The position numbers and the translations under genes were made by a program. Positions 38,412-50,985 of a DNA stretch of 64,000 bases are shown here, piece after piece. Where the stretch lies: NCBI RefSeq assembly GCF_018350175.1, contig NC_058369.1, positions 22,942,001 through 23,006,000 of the forward strand, read 5' to 3'. The notes under the pieces are model-generated. The model saw nothing but the letters and a program-made list of their open reading frames with translations, searched no databases and had not been told where the DNA came from. The stretch comes from Felis catus. Lineage: Eukaryota. The number at the start of each line of letters is the position of its first letter. Positions within the stretch are counted from its first letter, which is position 1.

Positions 38412-38779
38412 CCTTGTTTTTTTCTATTTTAAACAATGCTGTGCTGTAAATATTTGGTATTTAAATCTATGTATAAGCATTTGAGTACTAATTCCTTAGA
38501 ATAAATTAATAGAATTGAAATTGGGTCAAATAATATTTAACTTTTACATAACACGTAAAGGCTTTTTATATGTATTAGCTTGCTCACTAATTCAACAAAT
38601 ATTTGAGTGTCTGCCTTGGGCTAGGCACCATTAGGGCATTGAGGCATAATGTGAGTGAGACTCATGAAGTCCCTTCTCCTGTGGAGATGGTAACTTCTGG
38701 TGTGAGGAGAAAGAAGGATAATAACCAAAGTGATTATTAGACCAGAACTGTTGACACCGGTAATACCAACACTCACACC

Positions 38780-39670
38780 TCCAGCCGTGATCTCAGCCCT
38801 GCCTTTGGAATATCCACCAGGAGTCTCAGGTTTCTTGCATCCAAACCCCACCCCCATCATCTTCCTCATCTCAGCAAATGGCGGTCCAGACTCTCAAGAT
38901 TCAGTCCCCCAAACCTGCCATCGTCCTTGTTTTTCTGGTTCCTCCCACCCCCAGCAAGTTCTGTCACCTCTGTCTTCCTCAGAACCGGAATCTGCCCTCA
39001 CTTCGTGTCTTCCTCCACTGAACCCCGGGCTGAGCCACCACCCTTTTCCCTGAAATTGTGGCAACAGGTCTCCTGACTGGTCTCCCTGCCTTCGTGCTTC
39101 CCCACCTGCAGCTTCTCCTTGAGTATAGTCCATTCTTCACTCAGTGGGCAGAGTGGTGCTTTATCTTTTTAAAACAAAGGTCAGATCACGCCCCCTGTGT
39201 GTGTAACATTCCACAGTGGCTCAGGGTCTTAGACTCCTGCCAACGAGGATCTCATTACTGGTCACCCCTCCTCTCTCAGACTTCATCTCTCCGTCACCTC
39301 CCGCTCACCCAGCTCCAGCCACGCTGGCCTCCGTGCTGTTCCTGGGACCCACAGAACTGGCTGCCACCCTAGGGTCTTGGCACTTGTGTTCCTTGCTTGC
39401 AGAGACCTGCCCAGACAGCCGTGTGAAAGATCCCTGGCTGCCTCAGGTCTCTGCTCAAGATCTGCCTCCTCAGAGACACCTTCCCAGCCTCTCTGAAACT
39501 GTAGCCTTGTTATCCTCTTCCCCTACATCACAGTCATGCAGAGAACTTACCCCATGAATTCTGTCTTGTATTTGGTCGTTGATTGTCTCCCTCACACATC
39601 CGAGTACAAACTCCGTGAGGGCCTGGCTCATAACAGGTGCTGATACATGTCTGTTGAAGCGATCAAACAC
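38780..39670 (+). mobile_element. L2 LINE 3' relic
   Basis: Pyrimidine-rich. ctcctgactggtctccctgcc...tcagatcacg...gggcctggctcataacaggtgctgatacatgt resembles the L2 3' end. Confidence 0.65.
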
Positions 39671-42506
39671 ACACAGAAATAAAGAGCTAAGTGTTGTAAA
39701 AGAATACAGCAGAATAAGGTGGCAGAGAGCAAGCAGGTGGGGACAGGGCCACAGTCAGGGAGGGCGTCTGGGAGGAGCTGCCGACTGAAAGGGGACCAGC
39801 ATGAGAGAAGGCTGCCTCTAGCTGCCCTGTCAGAGGCCGGCCACAGCCATGTTGGGGTTCTGAGGAGGTCACATTCCACATATAAAGCTTCTGGGATGCA
39901 TCATGTGGGGGAGTGGCCTGGTGCAATGTACATTTTAAAAAATCTCTGAGTGCTATGAGGAGAATGGTCCTATCAGGTCAGAATAGAAGCAAATGACCTT
40001 AAAGAAGCGTTTTTCTCAGTGCAGAAGAGGGGTGCCTTGGGCCTTGGAGGGGGCAGATTCAGCTCCATGCTGAAAATGGAGTTGGCAGGATTTGCTAGTG
40101 CTTTGAAAATGGACAACGATAGAACGAAATTACGAAACTGTGTACTCTTCGGGGGAACTCTGTTAATTTCAGCGGCCATATATGGGGGTGCCCATGACCA
40201 GTGAGGTTGACTGTTCATGTATATACTGTATCAATATATACCATGCAGTACCCATGTACTCTATGAACGTACTGTACCTACAGTGCTCTATCTGAAGACA
40301 TACAAAGGAACGTCAAAGTAGATTAGCGTGCTTATAAAATTTGATGGACTGTGTGGGGTCCTCCTGTTTCTTCCCCACAAGGATTTAAATTGTTCTGAAG
40401 TGTCCGTGTTGGCACAGTTCCAAGGAGAAGAGAAGCAATCCAGATAGATCGTAACACCCCCAAAATTCTCTGGGAAGGGGAAAGACGAGAGCTGGCTTTC
40501 GTAAGTAACATGACTCTCTCTCTGTGTAAATAGAACATGAAAGAAGGAGGATAGTGTTGAAGGAGAAGAATACAGCAATGAGTTAGTAAACATGAGGGTC
40601 TGGTTCTTGGAGGGCCAGAAAAGGTCACAGAGGCATCCTGAAGGCACCAGATATGTGAAAGGGTGCTCTAAATTGTGAAGAACGACACCAATGCAGATCA
40701 CTGCTTCTGCAGTTTTTGTGGGGGGCACATCTTGTTATAAATAAATAAACAATGGTGGTGATTTCACTATTTCCTGGGTCTCTGTGAGAGACAGCTTCCC
40801 ACAGGAAAATGTCTGGTGCCACGATTATAACTAAATTTGGGTTTCAGAAGGGATTTCGGAAATAGGTATGACACATTTAGCACTTACATTTTACCCTGCT
40901 AAGTCAGAAGAAGGTTCATTTTTATCTACTAAAACAGCCTTTAAAAAGATCTCTCAATTTGTTAAATGTGTGAACACTGTAGTACTATTAATTAGACCAA
41001 CTGTGTTCATTTGCAAAGAGCTAGTGATGACTTCCGAAAATCTCTGTAAGTTTATAGAAAAGCGATCACCAGTGTTGTGGAAGAAAGGTCCCCGGCTCGA
41101 AGATCTGAAAAATGGTTCTGGCCGCTTATTAAAGATCCATATATGGGAAGAGATGAGAGGCTCACTAGCCAGAGGCTGGGGCCACCCCACCTCAGCTCTT
41201 GACATACCAATGTACAGGTTCTCCCGTATACGCGGAGATGACCCCAGATGCCCACTGCTCCTTACAATGTGCAGGGAAGTGCTTACAATATGCAGGGAAG
41301 CAAGGGTCTTATAGTCACAGGGAAACGGGGTTCAAGGAGTTACCGTGCTTGAAAAGAAATTCAGGGAACCATTAAAAACAAACAAACAAGGGGAGGTCCT
41401 GCAAAGGAGGACCCATAATATTTTTACAGAAGAACAGAAGAGACGATGTTGCCAGTTTGTCATGGAGTCGTGGTGTTCGTTCAAGAGAGGAAAATATTAA
41501 GGATTCCTTTTACTTAGTTGAGTTTTTAACTTGATGAGTAAGTGTCATCAAGGTCTGTTGGGTATAGAGCCACCAGCTGCGGGACACTGTGTCCCATGGC
41601 CTGTGCTCCTTTACAAGTCGGATGCGGGGTTATCTGTGGGGTTGGGCTGCCCTGCATGCAGCCTCCTCTTTTAGAGTGCCTTGGCAGGAGAAATTGTTAC
41701 GTCAAGGTCTGCGCCGCCGCCTCCCCCCCCCCCCCCCCCCCATAGAGGTTGATGAGACTTTCTGTTCAGGAGTCTGGGAAGTGAAGACAGGAAAGAACTG
41801 TTGGAGGCAGCTGACTGCAGCCAGCACCTGACTCTTCCCATGGATTCTGAAAGCTATCTGACAGCCGGCTGGACCAAGTTAGTTTCCGTTGCTTGCAACC
41901 AAAGCATGCTGGTGCCTCAGCACGTGAGCATTTTAGTGAGTTTGAGCGTGTGCACGGTTATCACTTGAAGGGTGTCACGGCCATAGCATCTCTGGAGGGA
42001 GAGGGATGGGCTCCGACTCCTTGCATCTATGCCTCAGTGTGTGCACCAGAGTGTGGCTTCTGAGCACGTGTGACATGGGCCTCTCGTATGTAAAACCTCT
42101 AAGACTACGGCTGAAGAAGGCAGAATACAACCAGATGCCTCAAGCTGTATGCTTTTCAAGCCCTCAGAGAATTGTAAGCCAGTGGATTTGTTGGTAGAGT
42201 TCACTGATCTTGGAGACCTTGAAAATCATACAGCTTGCTGTATGCAGTGGTTTGCTAGGGCTGCTAAGAAAGCAGCACACGCTGGGTGGCTTGGGAGAGC
42301 AGGACTGATGGTCTCGCAGTGATGGAGGCCAGAAGTCTGAAAATCAGAGTGTCGGCAGGGCCATGCTCCCCCTGAAGCCTGTAGGGGGTTCTGTCCTAGT
42401 GTCTGGTGGCTTTGCCAGCAATAATTACAGCTACATCACTTCCTTCCTGTCCTTACATGGTACTCTCCCTGTGTTTCTGTCTTCTTGTGGCCCTCTTCTT
42501 GTAAGG

Positions 42507-43023
42507 CGTCTTCCTCTGGGCTGCTGTGACAAAAATACCATAGACTGGATGGCTTATGCAGCAAACGTTCATTTCTCACAGTTCTGGAGGCTCGGAAGTC
42601 CTAGATCAGGGTGCCACAGATTCAGTGTCTGGTCGAGATCCCATTTCCTGTTTCACAGATGGTGGAAGGACTAAGGGATCTCTCTGGACCCTCTTTTTTA
42701 AATGTTTATTTATTTTTGAGAGAGAGAGAGAGAGAGAGAGAGCAAGCAGGGGAGGGGCAGAGAGAGAGGGAGACACAGAATCCGAAGCAGGCTCCAGGCT
42801 CTGAGCTGTCAGCACAGAGCCCTATACGAGGCTCAAACTCAGGAGCCATGAGATCATGACCAGAGCCGAAGTCAGATGCTCAAATGACTGAGCCACCCAG
42901 GTGCCCCTGGGGCTGCATTTATAAGGCTCCTAAACAACTTCCAAAGGCCCCACCTCCAGATGTCACCACACTGGGGATTGTTTCAACATGTCAATTTTGG
43001 GGAGATGCATTCAGTCTATAGCA
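42507..43023 (-). mobile_element. Inner MLT1A/MST-like LTR
   Basis: 5-bp TSD taagg at 42502-42506 and 43024-43028. Body reads gggctgctgtgacaaaatacca...cattcagtctatagca. Confidence 0.8.
42694..42907 (-). mobile_element. Feline CAN-SINE inside the inner LTR
   Basis: Reverse CAN-SINE with a (GA)n segment. Confidence 0.92.
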
Positions 43024-44075
43024 TAAGGATGTCAGTTATATCAGATTCGGGGGCCACCCTACTCCACTATGACCTTATCTTACTAATTACCCCTGCGGTG
43101 ACCTTTGTACATAAGACTCTGAGGTATTGGGGGTATCTCTCTCTTTTGAGGGACACAGTGCAACCCATAACCCTGGTTGAAACCCATGATGGTTACAAGA
43201 AGTTTCAAGCTCTTTGCCATGTATTTGTCCCAGTGTGGACTCACCTTCTAAGCTCATTTGGTCCCAGTCTCTGTCGTTCATACTAGAAGGACACGGCTGC
43301 CTGCCCTGGTGGTGGTGTGGCCCTGTAGACACAGTCCCACACGGCACAAACAGGGGAGCTGGACCCCTGGGCGTGGGACCTGAAGGAGACATGGCTTGAT
43401 CCCTTCTTTGTACCTTGTCTCCGGTCCTTCTTTACATCAACTCAGAGCACGAAAGGCGAAAACGAAAATGCTTACATGGTGTCTGCATCCTTTAAAACAA
43501 AAAGCACCTGCCTGCAGTTCCTTGCTATGGATGCCTACTTCATGCCTGGCTTAGTGTCGCTCGAATACCTTCAGACCTTCTTCACTCCCTTGCATGAGTT
43601 CTTGGAAAGTGTAGTTTGAGTTTGCCTTAGAAATGAACTTAACAGTCTTTCCCACGTGTGGTCCTTGGAGCCGGAAGAGAAAAACAGACAAAGACCCCAA
43701 TCTTAAGGTTTTTACTAAAATGGTATTTTCTTGCTGCCACTGAGATTAAGCCACACTGGAGAAATTCCTGGGCAGGGTTATCGGGGCTGTGCAGCCTGAG
43801 GGCACACCTTCTGTACCTTCGGTGGCATGTGTGTTTCCCCAGAGATCTGTTTCTCCCTGACTCCTGCTGAGCACCCCTAAATCTGTCAGTGTGCAAAGCA
43901 GCCATTTCTGAGTGTTTAGCACAGCAGGTCTTTATTGCAGAGGGGCTCCTGGCTCGAGGCTGTTTTTATTCACACTCTGCATCACGGTGGTCCCCTTGTG
44001 AGTCTCCCAGCACCACACCCCGAGGGCTTAATACTCCCACAATAGCACAGCATATCTATCAGCGTGGCCCAAATT

Positions 44076-44132
44076 AGAAGAAGGAGGAGGAGGAGGAGGA
44101 GGAGGAGGAGGAGGAGGAGGAGGAGGAGAAGA
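44076..44132. repeat. (GGA)n trinucleotide repeat
   Basis: About 15 units of pure purine sequence. Confidence 0.95.
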
Positions 44133-44134
44133 AT

Positions 44135-45000
44135 ACAGCTAATATCAAATGTTCATCAGGATGCCAAGCAACTAGGTCATTGGTGGTGATATAAAATGGA
44201 ACAGCCACTCTAAAAAACAGTGGCAATTTTTCCTAAGTTGAAACACACACTTTACCTTATGACCCAGAAATTCCACTCATGGATATGAACCCCAGCAAAA
44301 TGAAAACTCATTTCCAGAAAAACCTGTTCGTAACAGCTTTCATGGTAATTGCCCAAACTGGGAACAACCCAAATACCCTTCAGCAGGTGAGCCAGTAAAC
44401 AAGTGCTAATCCCTCCATATAGTGGAATAAAAAGAAAGACCTGTGGATGCTGTGACAACTCAGAAAGATGGATGGTATGGGTAACTATGTTGGTGAAAAG
44501 AAACAATCTTAAAAGGTTACATACTGTAAGATTGCATTTGTGTGACATTCTCAAAGTAAAATTACAGTGATCGAGAACCATCGATCTCTGAGAGATCGGT
44601 GATCTCAGTGATCTCTGAGGGTTCGGAGAGCGGGAAGGGTATCAAGATAAAGGGCCAGTACCAGGGACTTTGTTCCTCGTGCTGGGGCAGCTGTGTCCTC
44701 ACTGTGGTGGTAGTTACAAGAGTGTATTCATGTGATCAAGTTCCATAAAAGTATACACTCAATAAAAATAAGGCACTTTGTAAAAATGGATGAATTCCAC
44801 ATAAAGCCTGTAGTTTTAGTTGAATAGTATTATCTCTCTCTTGTCCATTTCTTAGTTTCAGTGATTGTGCGGTGGGACCGATGTTATCAGTGGAGGAAGC
44901 TGGGTGAAGGCTTCCATAGCTGAGTTTCCATAACTCTGTTACTATTTTCGCAACTTCCTTGCAAGTCTGCAATCATTTAAGAGTAAAAAGGTTTTAAAAT
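44135..45000 (+). mobile_element. Old L1 (L1MC/ME-like) 3' end
   Basis: aaaatggaacagccactct...tatgacccagaaattccactc...caaactgggaacaacccaaatacc, followed by a 3' UTR-like segment. Confidence 0.75.
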
Positions 45001-45690
45001 TTTCCTTACTAGCAGCTAACAATTTCTGAATATTTACTAGTTTCAGGCCTTTTGCTCAGGACCCGATGTCTATTATCTCGTTTGACTTTCCCAAACAGCC
45101 CTGGCTGGTATGTTCTGTTTTCCCCGTTTATTGGTGAAAAGACTTTACCAACATCATATGCAAACACGGTTTCGAACACCTGTGGCCTGGCTCCAGAGTC
45201 TGTGCATTTAACTCGGTTCTTCCTCCCTTACCAAGCTTTGAGATACAAACACCAGTGTAGACCACACTGTGAATAGACCACGTTGCTGAGAATCCCGATG
45301 GTATTGCTGAAAGATGTGGGTTTTGATTTGCTGGGATGAACTGGCTCTTGCAGATTTAAAAGTGTCTTTTTCAAATTTCTTTTCACAAGAAAGCAATAAG
45401 AATGCATAAAAGAGAATGCTTAATCTATCACACGTTATTAGAGTCTCCCTTACCACAGAAGCAGCTTGCTGGGAGTAGGGGGCAGAGCAGTGTGGGGAAA
45501 GAAAAGGAACCCTTGGCTTTGAGGCTGTTGAGTTGTGATCTAGGCTCTGATATTTACTGGTGACCATGAGCAACTTACTTAACCTCTCTGGTCTGTTTTT
45601 TTGGTTTTTGGTTTTTTTTGTTTTTGTTTTTGTTTTTGTTTTTACCTGCAAAACAGAGACCTATGCCCCCTGACTGAACAGCTGGAAGAG

Positions 45691-46927
45691 TGTAACAGAC
45701 TGAATTGTGTTTCCCTAAAATCCTTATGTTGAAGCCCTAACTCCCAGTGTAACTATATTTTCAGTTGGGGCTTTTAAAGGGGTAATTAAAGTAATGAAAT
45801 GAAGTCATGAGAGTGGGGCCATAATCTGATATGAGGGCTGTCCTTCTAAGAAGAGGAGGAGACACCAGGGATGCACGCACAGAGAAAAGGCCATGTGAGG
45901 ACACAGCAAGAAGGTGCCGGCAGCAAGCCAAGGAGAGTGGCCCCAGGAGAAACCAGCCCTGCTCACACCTTGATCTAGGACTCGCGACCTCCACAACTGT
46001 GTGAAAATACACTTTTGTTACTGAAGCTGCCCAGTCTGTGGCGCTTTGTCATGGCGGCCCCTCCACCACCAAGCAGTTCTCCGGTTCTCACTGGGCACTG
46101 ACCGGGTGTCCCACAGATGCAGCTCCGTTCTCACACTGTCTACCCAGGGATAGCATCAGAACCTCCCATTGAAGGCTCATTCCCATGAGACTGCCCCCAC
46201 CCAGCCCCGTTCAGACACCAGTTTGCAAGTTCAGGTTGCCACTTGTGCTTCTGACCCGATGGCTGTAAATCAGAGGTTCCCATCACACCCTCCTTGGGTT
46301 CAGTTAATTTGATGGCAGGTCACAGAACTCCCGAGAAACAGTTTACTCACTAGATTACTGGTTATTACAAAGGACCCAACTCAGGAACAGCCAGGTAGAA
46401 GAGATCTACAGGGCAGGGTATGTGGGAAGGGGCCATGCTCTCCCTGCCCCCCCACTTTCTCAGAACCTCTCCCTCTTTCTCTCTCTCTCCCCCTCCCTCC
46501 CTCCCTTCCGGCACTTCCACATGTTCACCAACTCAGAAGCTCTCCAAATTCCAAATCTTGTCCTTTTGTGCTTTTATGGAGGATTCATTATATACATATA
46601 TGACTGATTATGTCATTTTCCCTTGGTGACTGAACTGGAGGTCTTGGGTGTGGGAGGGCTCCAGTTCCAACCCTCTAATTCCGGTTGGTTTCCCTGACAA
46701 CCAGCCCCCATCTTTTGGGGCTTTCCAAAAGTCACCTCATTAACATAAAGTTGGGTGTAGCTTAAAGGGGCTTACAATGAATAACAAAAGAAACTCTTTT
46801 TACCTTGTAGCTCTTATCACATAGGAAATGCCAATGGCTTTAGGAGACCTGTGCCAACAATAGTGATGAATGAATATCTATTTCTTACTTGAAGTCACAA
46901 TATCACACAGCCCTAGCACACACATAC
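45691..46927 (+). mobile_element. MLT1B-like LTR split by an ERV LTR
   Basis: The main body 45691-46060 stops at atggcggccc. The terminal cagccctagcacacacataca resumes at 46908. Confidence 0.8.
46061..46907. mobile_element. MER21-like ERV solo LTR
   Basis: gatagcatcaga...agactgccccc...aactcaggaacagccag...cacaatatcaca matches my recollection of MER21-family LTRs. Confidence 0.7.
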
Positions 46928-47371
46928 AGAGAATAACTCCTATAGGATCTGAAGGTGTTAGAAAAGTCTTCAGTGCTGATTGCATATCAGGTGAGGAGGT
47001 TGGCATGGAAATCTAGCACCCAATCTTGTTTGTCACAAGTCTGCACCATACTTCCCGTGTTTTTAATTGTCCAAGCCAATGTGTCTTAAAAATATATTTG
47101 AGGAAAGAGTAGTTCCGTGACAAGATGTGAATAGAGGTGCTTATGGGGAACAGGGAGGTGGAGGTTTTGTGATCAAATAAAACTTAGAAAAGACAGATTA
47201 AACAAATTTAAATAAGCTTCTTTGCTGCAAGACTGCCCAGAGCCTTTTGAAATACGTGGGTTGTGACTCTTTAGAAGCGTTAGATAATTCATTTTATAGC
47301 ATTTCCAAATTTTTTCTAGGAACACCATTTAATCAAGTAAGGTTTGTGGGTGACAGCTTGGGAAAAGGTGC

Positions 47372-47818
47372 TGTGTTCCTTCCCCGAGGGCTGCTGTAAC
47401 AAAGTATCACAGACTGGGTGCCTTGACACAACAGAACTTTATTGCCTCACCTGTCTAGAGGTTGAAGTCCAAAATCAAGGCATCAGCAGGGCCATGGGCC
47501 TTTTAAAGCCAGTTAGGGAGACTCCTTCCTTGTCTCTTCTAGCTTGTGATGGTGGCCAGCCAGCCTTGGCACCCTTGGCTTGTAGATGTGTGAGTCACTC
47601 CAGTCCCTGCCCCGCTCGTCACAAGGCTGTCTTTTTTTCTCCCTGTGTGTGTCTGTGTCTCTTATAAGGACACTGGCCAGGCTGTATTAGGGGCCCATCC
47701 TAATGACTTCATCTTCACTATTATGTCTGCAGTAGATCTCTTTCCATATAAGGTCACATTCTAAGGAACTAGAGGTTAGGACTTAAACGTATCTTTTTGG
47801 GAACACAATTTAACCCCT
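47372..47818 (-). mobile_element. MLT1C-like LTR
   Basis: gggctgctgtaacaaagtatcacagactgggtg...aaggtcacattct...gaacacaatttaaccc. Confidence 0.8.
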
Positions 47819-48499
47819 GGTAGCTCTTAGAAGTATTTTACAACTATGGTAATAAATATCCTAAATTTTACTTTGTTGATTTTGTCTGTCTGTTTTTCGG
47901 TATAAGCTGCTCATTTAAATTTTACGTTCTTTAAAGCAACAGATTTTAATCAAAAGTGCATAGAACAACCACATGTAATACTTTTTAAAAAATCTGTTTC
48001 CATCCCCTGCCCAACTCAAGATTCTGATCCAGTGGGGGCTTGTGTGATAGACTTTAATGCAGGCTTGTTTGAAAACTGCTGCATTTGAGACACTAGATGT
48101 GACTGTCTGTCTTCTATGTTCCAGAGTTTTTCAGGGCCTACATGTGGGTCTTCTTTTCAAACACTTCTGATACCTACTTTTCACGGTTTCTCCTTCCCCT
48201 GAAAGTGCGTTGCTATACTTTGCAAGTATGTGGTCATGATGCGTGGGATGGCCCAGTCTCATCCCAGAGCACAGGGAAGAATGTGTAGGTGAGGGATGCA
48301 TCTGGGAGTCTGATCCCGTGGCTCGGCCAAGCCTCCTGCGGCAATAACTTTGAAAGCTTTCTCTCCAAGGCACTATGGGCCAGGGCAAAGTATGGACACG
48401 GCCAGACTGGATTAAATACATTAAAATTGTGCTCTGGGCATGGCATTTCATGTGTGGGAGTTACGTGGAGCTGAGCTGGGATTTTGAGTCACATGACAT

Positions 48500-48726
48500 T
48501 TCTTTCTTTTTTTTTTTTTTTAAGTTTATTTATTTTGAGAGGGAGAGAAAGAGAGTACACGAGCAGGGGAGGAGCAGAGAGAGAGGGAGAGAGAGAATCC
48601 CAGGCAGGCTCTGCGTTGTCATTGCAGAGACCCAACTTGGGACTTGATCTCATGAACCCTTGAGATCGCAACCTGAGCCAAAACCGAGAGTCAGTCACTT
48701 ATCCCACTGAGCCACCCAGGCACCCT
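48500..48726 (-). mobile_element. Feline CAN-SINE
   Basis: TSD gagtcacatga at 48486-48496 and 48728-48738. Confidence 0.9.
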
Positions 48727-48739
48727 AGAGTCACATGAA

Positions 48740-50985
48740 TTTTTTTAAAAATTTTAAATCCAAGTTAGTAAACACATAGTATAATAATGATTTCAGGAAT
48801 AGAATTTAGTGATTCATCACTTATATGTAACACCCAGTGCTCATTCCAGCAAGTGTCCCTTAATGCCCATCACCCATTTAGCCCTTCCCCCCACCCAACA
48901 CCCTGCCAGTAACCCTCCATTTGTTTGTTCTCTGTATTTAAGTCTCTTATGGTTTGTCTTCCTCTCTGTTTTTATATTATTTTTGCTTCCCTTCCCTTAT
49001 GTTCATCTGTTTTGTATCTTAAATTCCACCTGAGGGAAATGATATGGTACTTGACTTTCTCTGACTAATTTCTGTTAGCATAATACCCTCTAGTTCTATC
49101 CCTGTTGTTGCAAATGGCAAGATTTCATTCTCTGATCTCCGAGTAATACTTCATTGTATATATAAACCACATCTTCTTTATCCTTTCATCAGTCGATGCA
49201 CATTTGGGCTCTTTCCATACTTTGGCTATTGTTGATAGTGCTGCTATAAACATGGGGGTGAATGTATCCCTTCATAACAGCATGCCTGTATCTCTTAGAC
49301 AGATACCTAGTAGTGCAATTGCTGGGTCATAAGGGAGTTCTATTTTTAATTTTTTGAGGAACCTCCATACTGTTTTCCAGAGTGATTGAACCAGTTTGCA
49401 TTCCCAACAGCAGTGTAAAAGGGTTCCTGTTTCTCTGCATCCTTGCCAACACCCGTTGTTGGCCTGAGTTGTTAATTTTAACCATTCTGACAGGTGTGAG
49501 GTGGTATCTCATTGTGGTTTTGATTTGTATTTCCCTGATGATGAGTGATGTTGAGCATTTTTTCATGTGTCTATTAGCCATCTGGGTTTCTTCTTTGGAA
49601 AAGTGTCTATTCATGTCTTTTGTCCATTTCTTCATTTGATTGTCTGTTTTTTGGGTGTTGAGTTTGTTAAGTTCTTACAGAGTTTGGACACTAACCCTTT
49701 ATGTAGTATGTTATTTGCAGATACCTTCTCCCATTCCATAGCTTGCCCTTTAGTTTTGCTGATTGTTTCTTTTGCTGTGCAGAAGCTTTTTATCTTGAGG
49801 AGGTCCCAGTAGTTCATTTTTGGTTTTGTTTCCCTTGCCTCTGGAGACATGTCAGGTAAGAAGTTGCTGCGGCCAAGGTCAAAGAGGTTGTTGCCTGTTT
49901 TCTCCTCTAGGATTAAAAATCTTTTTTTTTTTTTTTAATGTTTATTTATTCTTGAGGGAGAGAGAGACAGAGTGTGAGTGGGGGAGGGGCAGAGAGAGAG
50001 GGAGACACAGAATTGGAAGCAGGCTCCAGGCTTTGAGCCATCAGCACAGAGCTGACGTCATGATGAACGTCAGGGCTGAACTCAAGAGCCGCGAGATCAT
50101 GACCTGAGTTGAAGTGGAACGGAGCCACCCAGGCGCCCCTCTCCTCTAGGATTTTGATGGCTTTCTGTTACATTTAGGTCTTTCATCCATTTTGAGTTTA
50201 TTTTTGTGTGTGGTGTAAGAAAGTGGCCCAGGTTCATTCTTCTGCATGTCGCTGTCCAGTTTTCCCAAGACCATTGGCTGAAGAGACTGTCTTTTTTCCA
50301 ATGGATATTCTTTCCTGCTTTGTCAAAGATTAATTGGTCATATGTTTGTGGGTCAATTTCTGGGTTCTCTATTCTGTTTCATTGATCTATGTGTCCGTTT
50401 CTATGCCAGCACCTTACTGTCTTGATGCTTACAGCTTTGCAATATAGCTTGAAGTCTGGGATTGTGATGCCTCCTGCTTTGGTTTTCTTTTTCAAGATTG
50501 CTTTCGCTATTCAGTGTCTTTTCTGGTTCCATACAAATTTTAGGATTGTTTGTTCTAGCTCTGTGAAGAATGCTCATGTTATTTTGATAGGGATTGCGTT
50601 GAATATGTAGATTGCTTTGGGTAGTATTGACATTTTAACAATATTTGTTCTTCCTATCCAGGAGCATGGAATGTTTTTCCATTTTTTTGTGTGTGTCTTC
50701 GTCAATTTCTTTCATAAGCTTTCTATAGTTTTCAGTGTATAGATTTTTCACCTCTTTGGTTAGGTTTACTTCTAGGTATTTTATGGTTTTTGGTACAATT
50801 GTAAATGGGATCGATTCCTTGATTTCTCTTTCTGCTGCTTCATTATTGGTGTATAGCAATGCAACTGATTTCTGTGCGTTGATTTTATATCCTGAGACTC
50901 TTCTGAATTCATGTATCAGTTCTAAAAGTTTTTATGTGAAGCCTTTTGGGTTTTCCACATAAAGTATCATGTCACCTGTGAAGAT
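48740..50985 (-). mobile_element. 5'-truncated carnivore-type L1 (ORF2 C-terminus plus 3' UTR), antisense to gene
   Basis: ORFs 49327-49635 ([40 protein letters not shown]) and 50635-50859 ([20 protein letters not shown]) are L1 ORF2. Carnivore-style 3' UTR at 48740-49030. Confidence 0.93.
49921..50139 (-). mobile_element. Feline CAN-SINE inside the L1, internally rearranged
   Basis: TSD tctcctctaggatt at 49901-49914 and 50140-50153. Confidence 0.9.

Larger units (their letters stand above)
42239..43172 (-). mobile_element. MLT1C/D-like LTR interrupted by a second MaLR LTR
   Basis: Outer halves 42239-42506 and 43024-43172 join at taagg into contiguous MLT sequence (cttgtaaggatgtcagt). Confidence 0.78.

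Noticed and set aside
40868..41314. 148-aa ORF
   Set aside because: No recognisable homology and no clear splice context. The length is within chance expectation.
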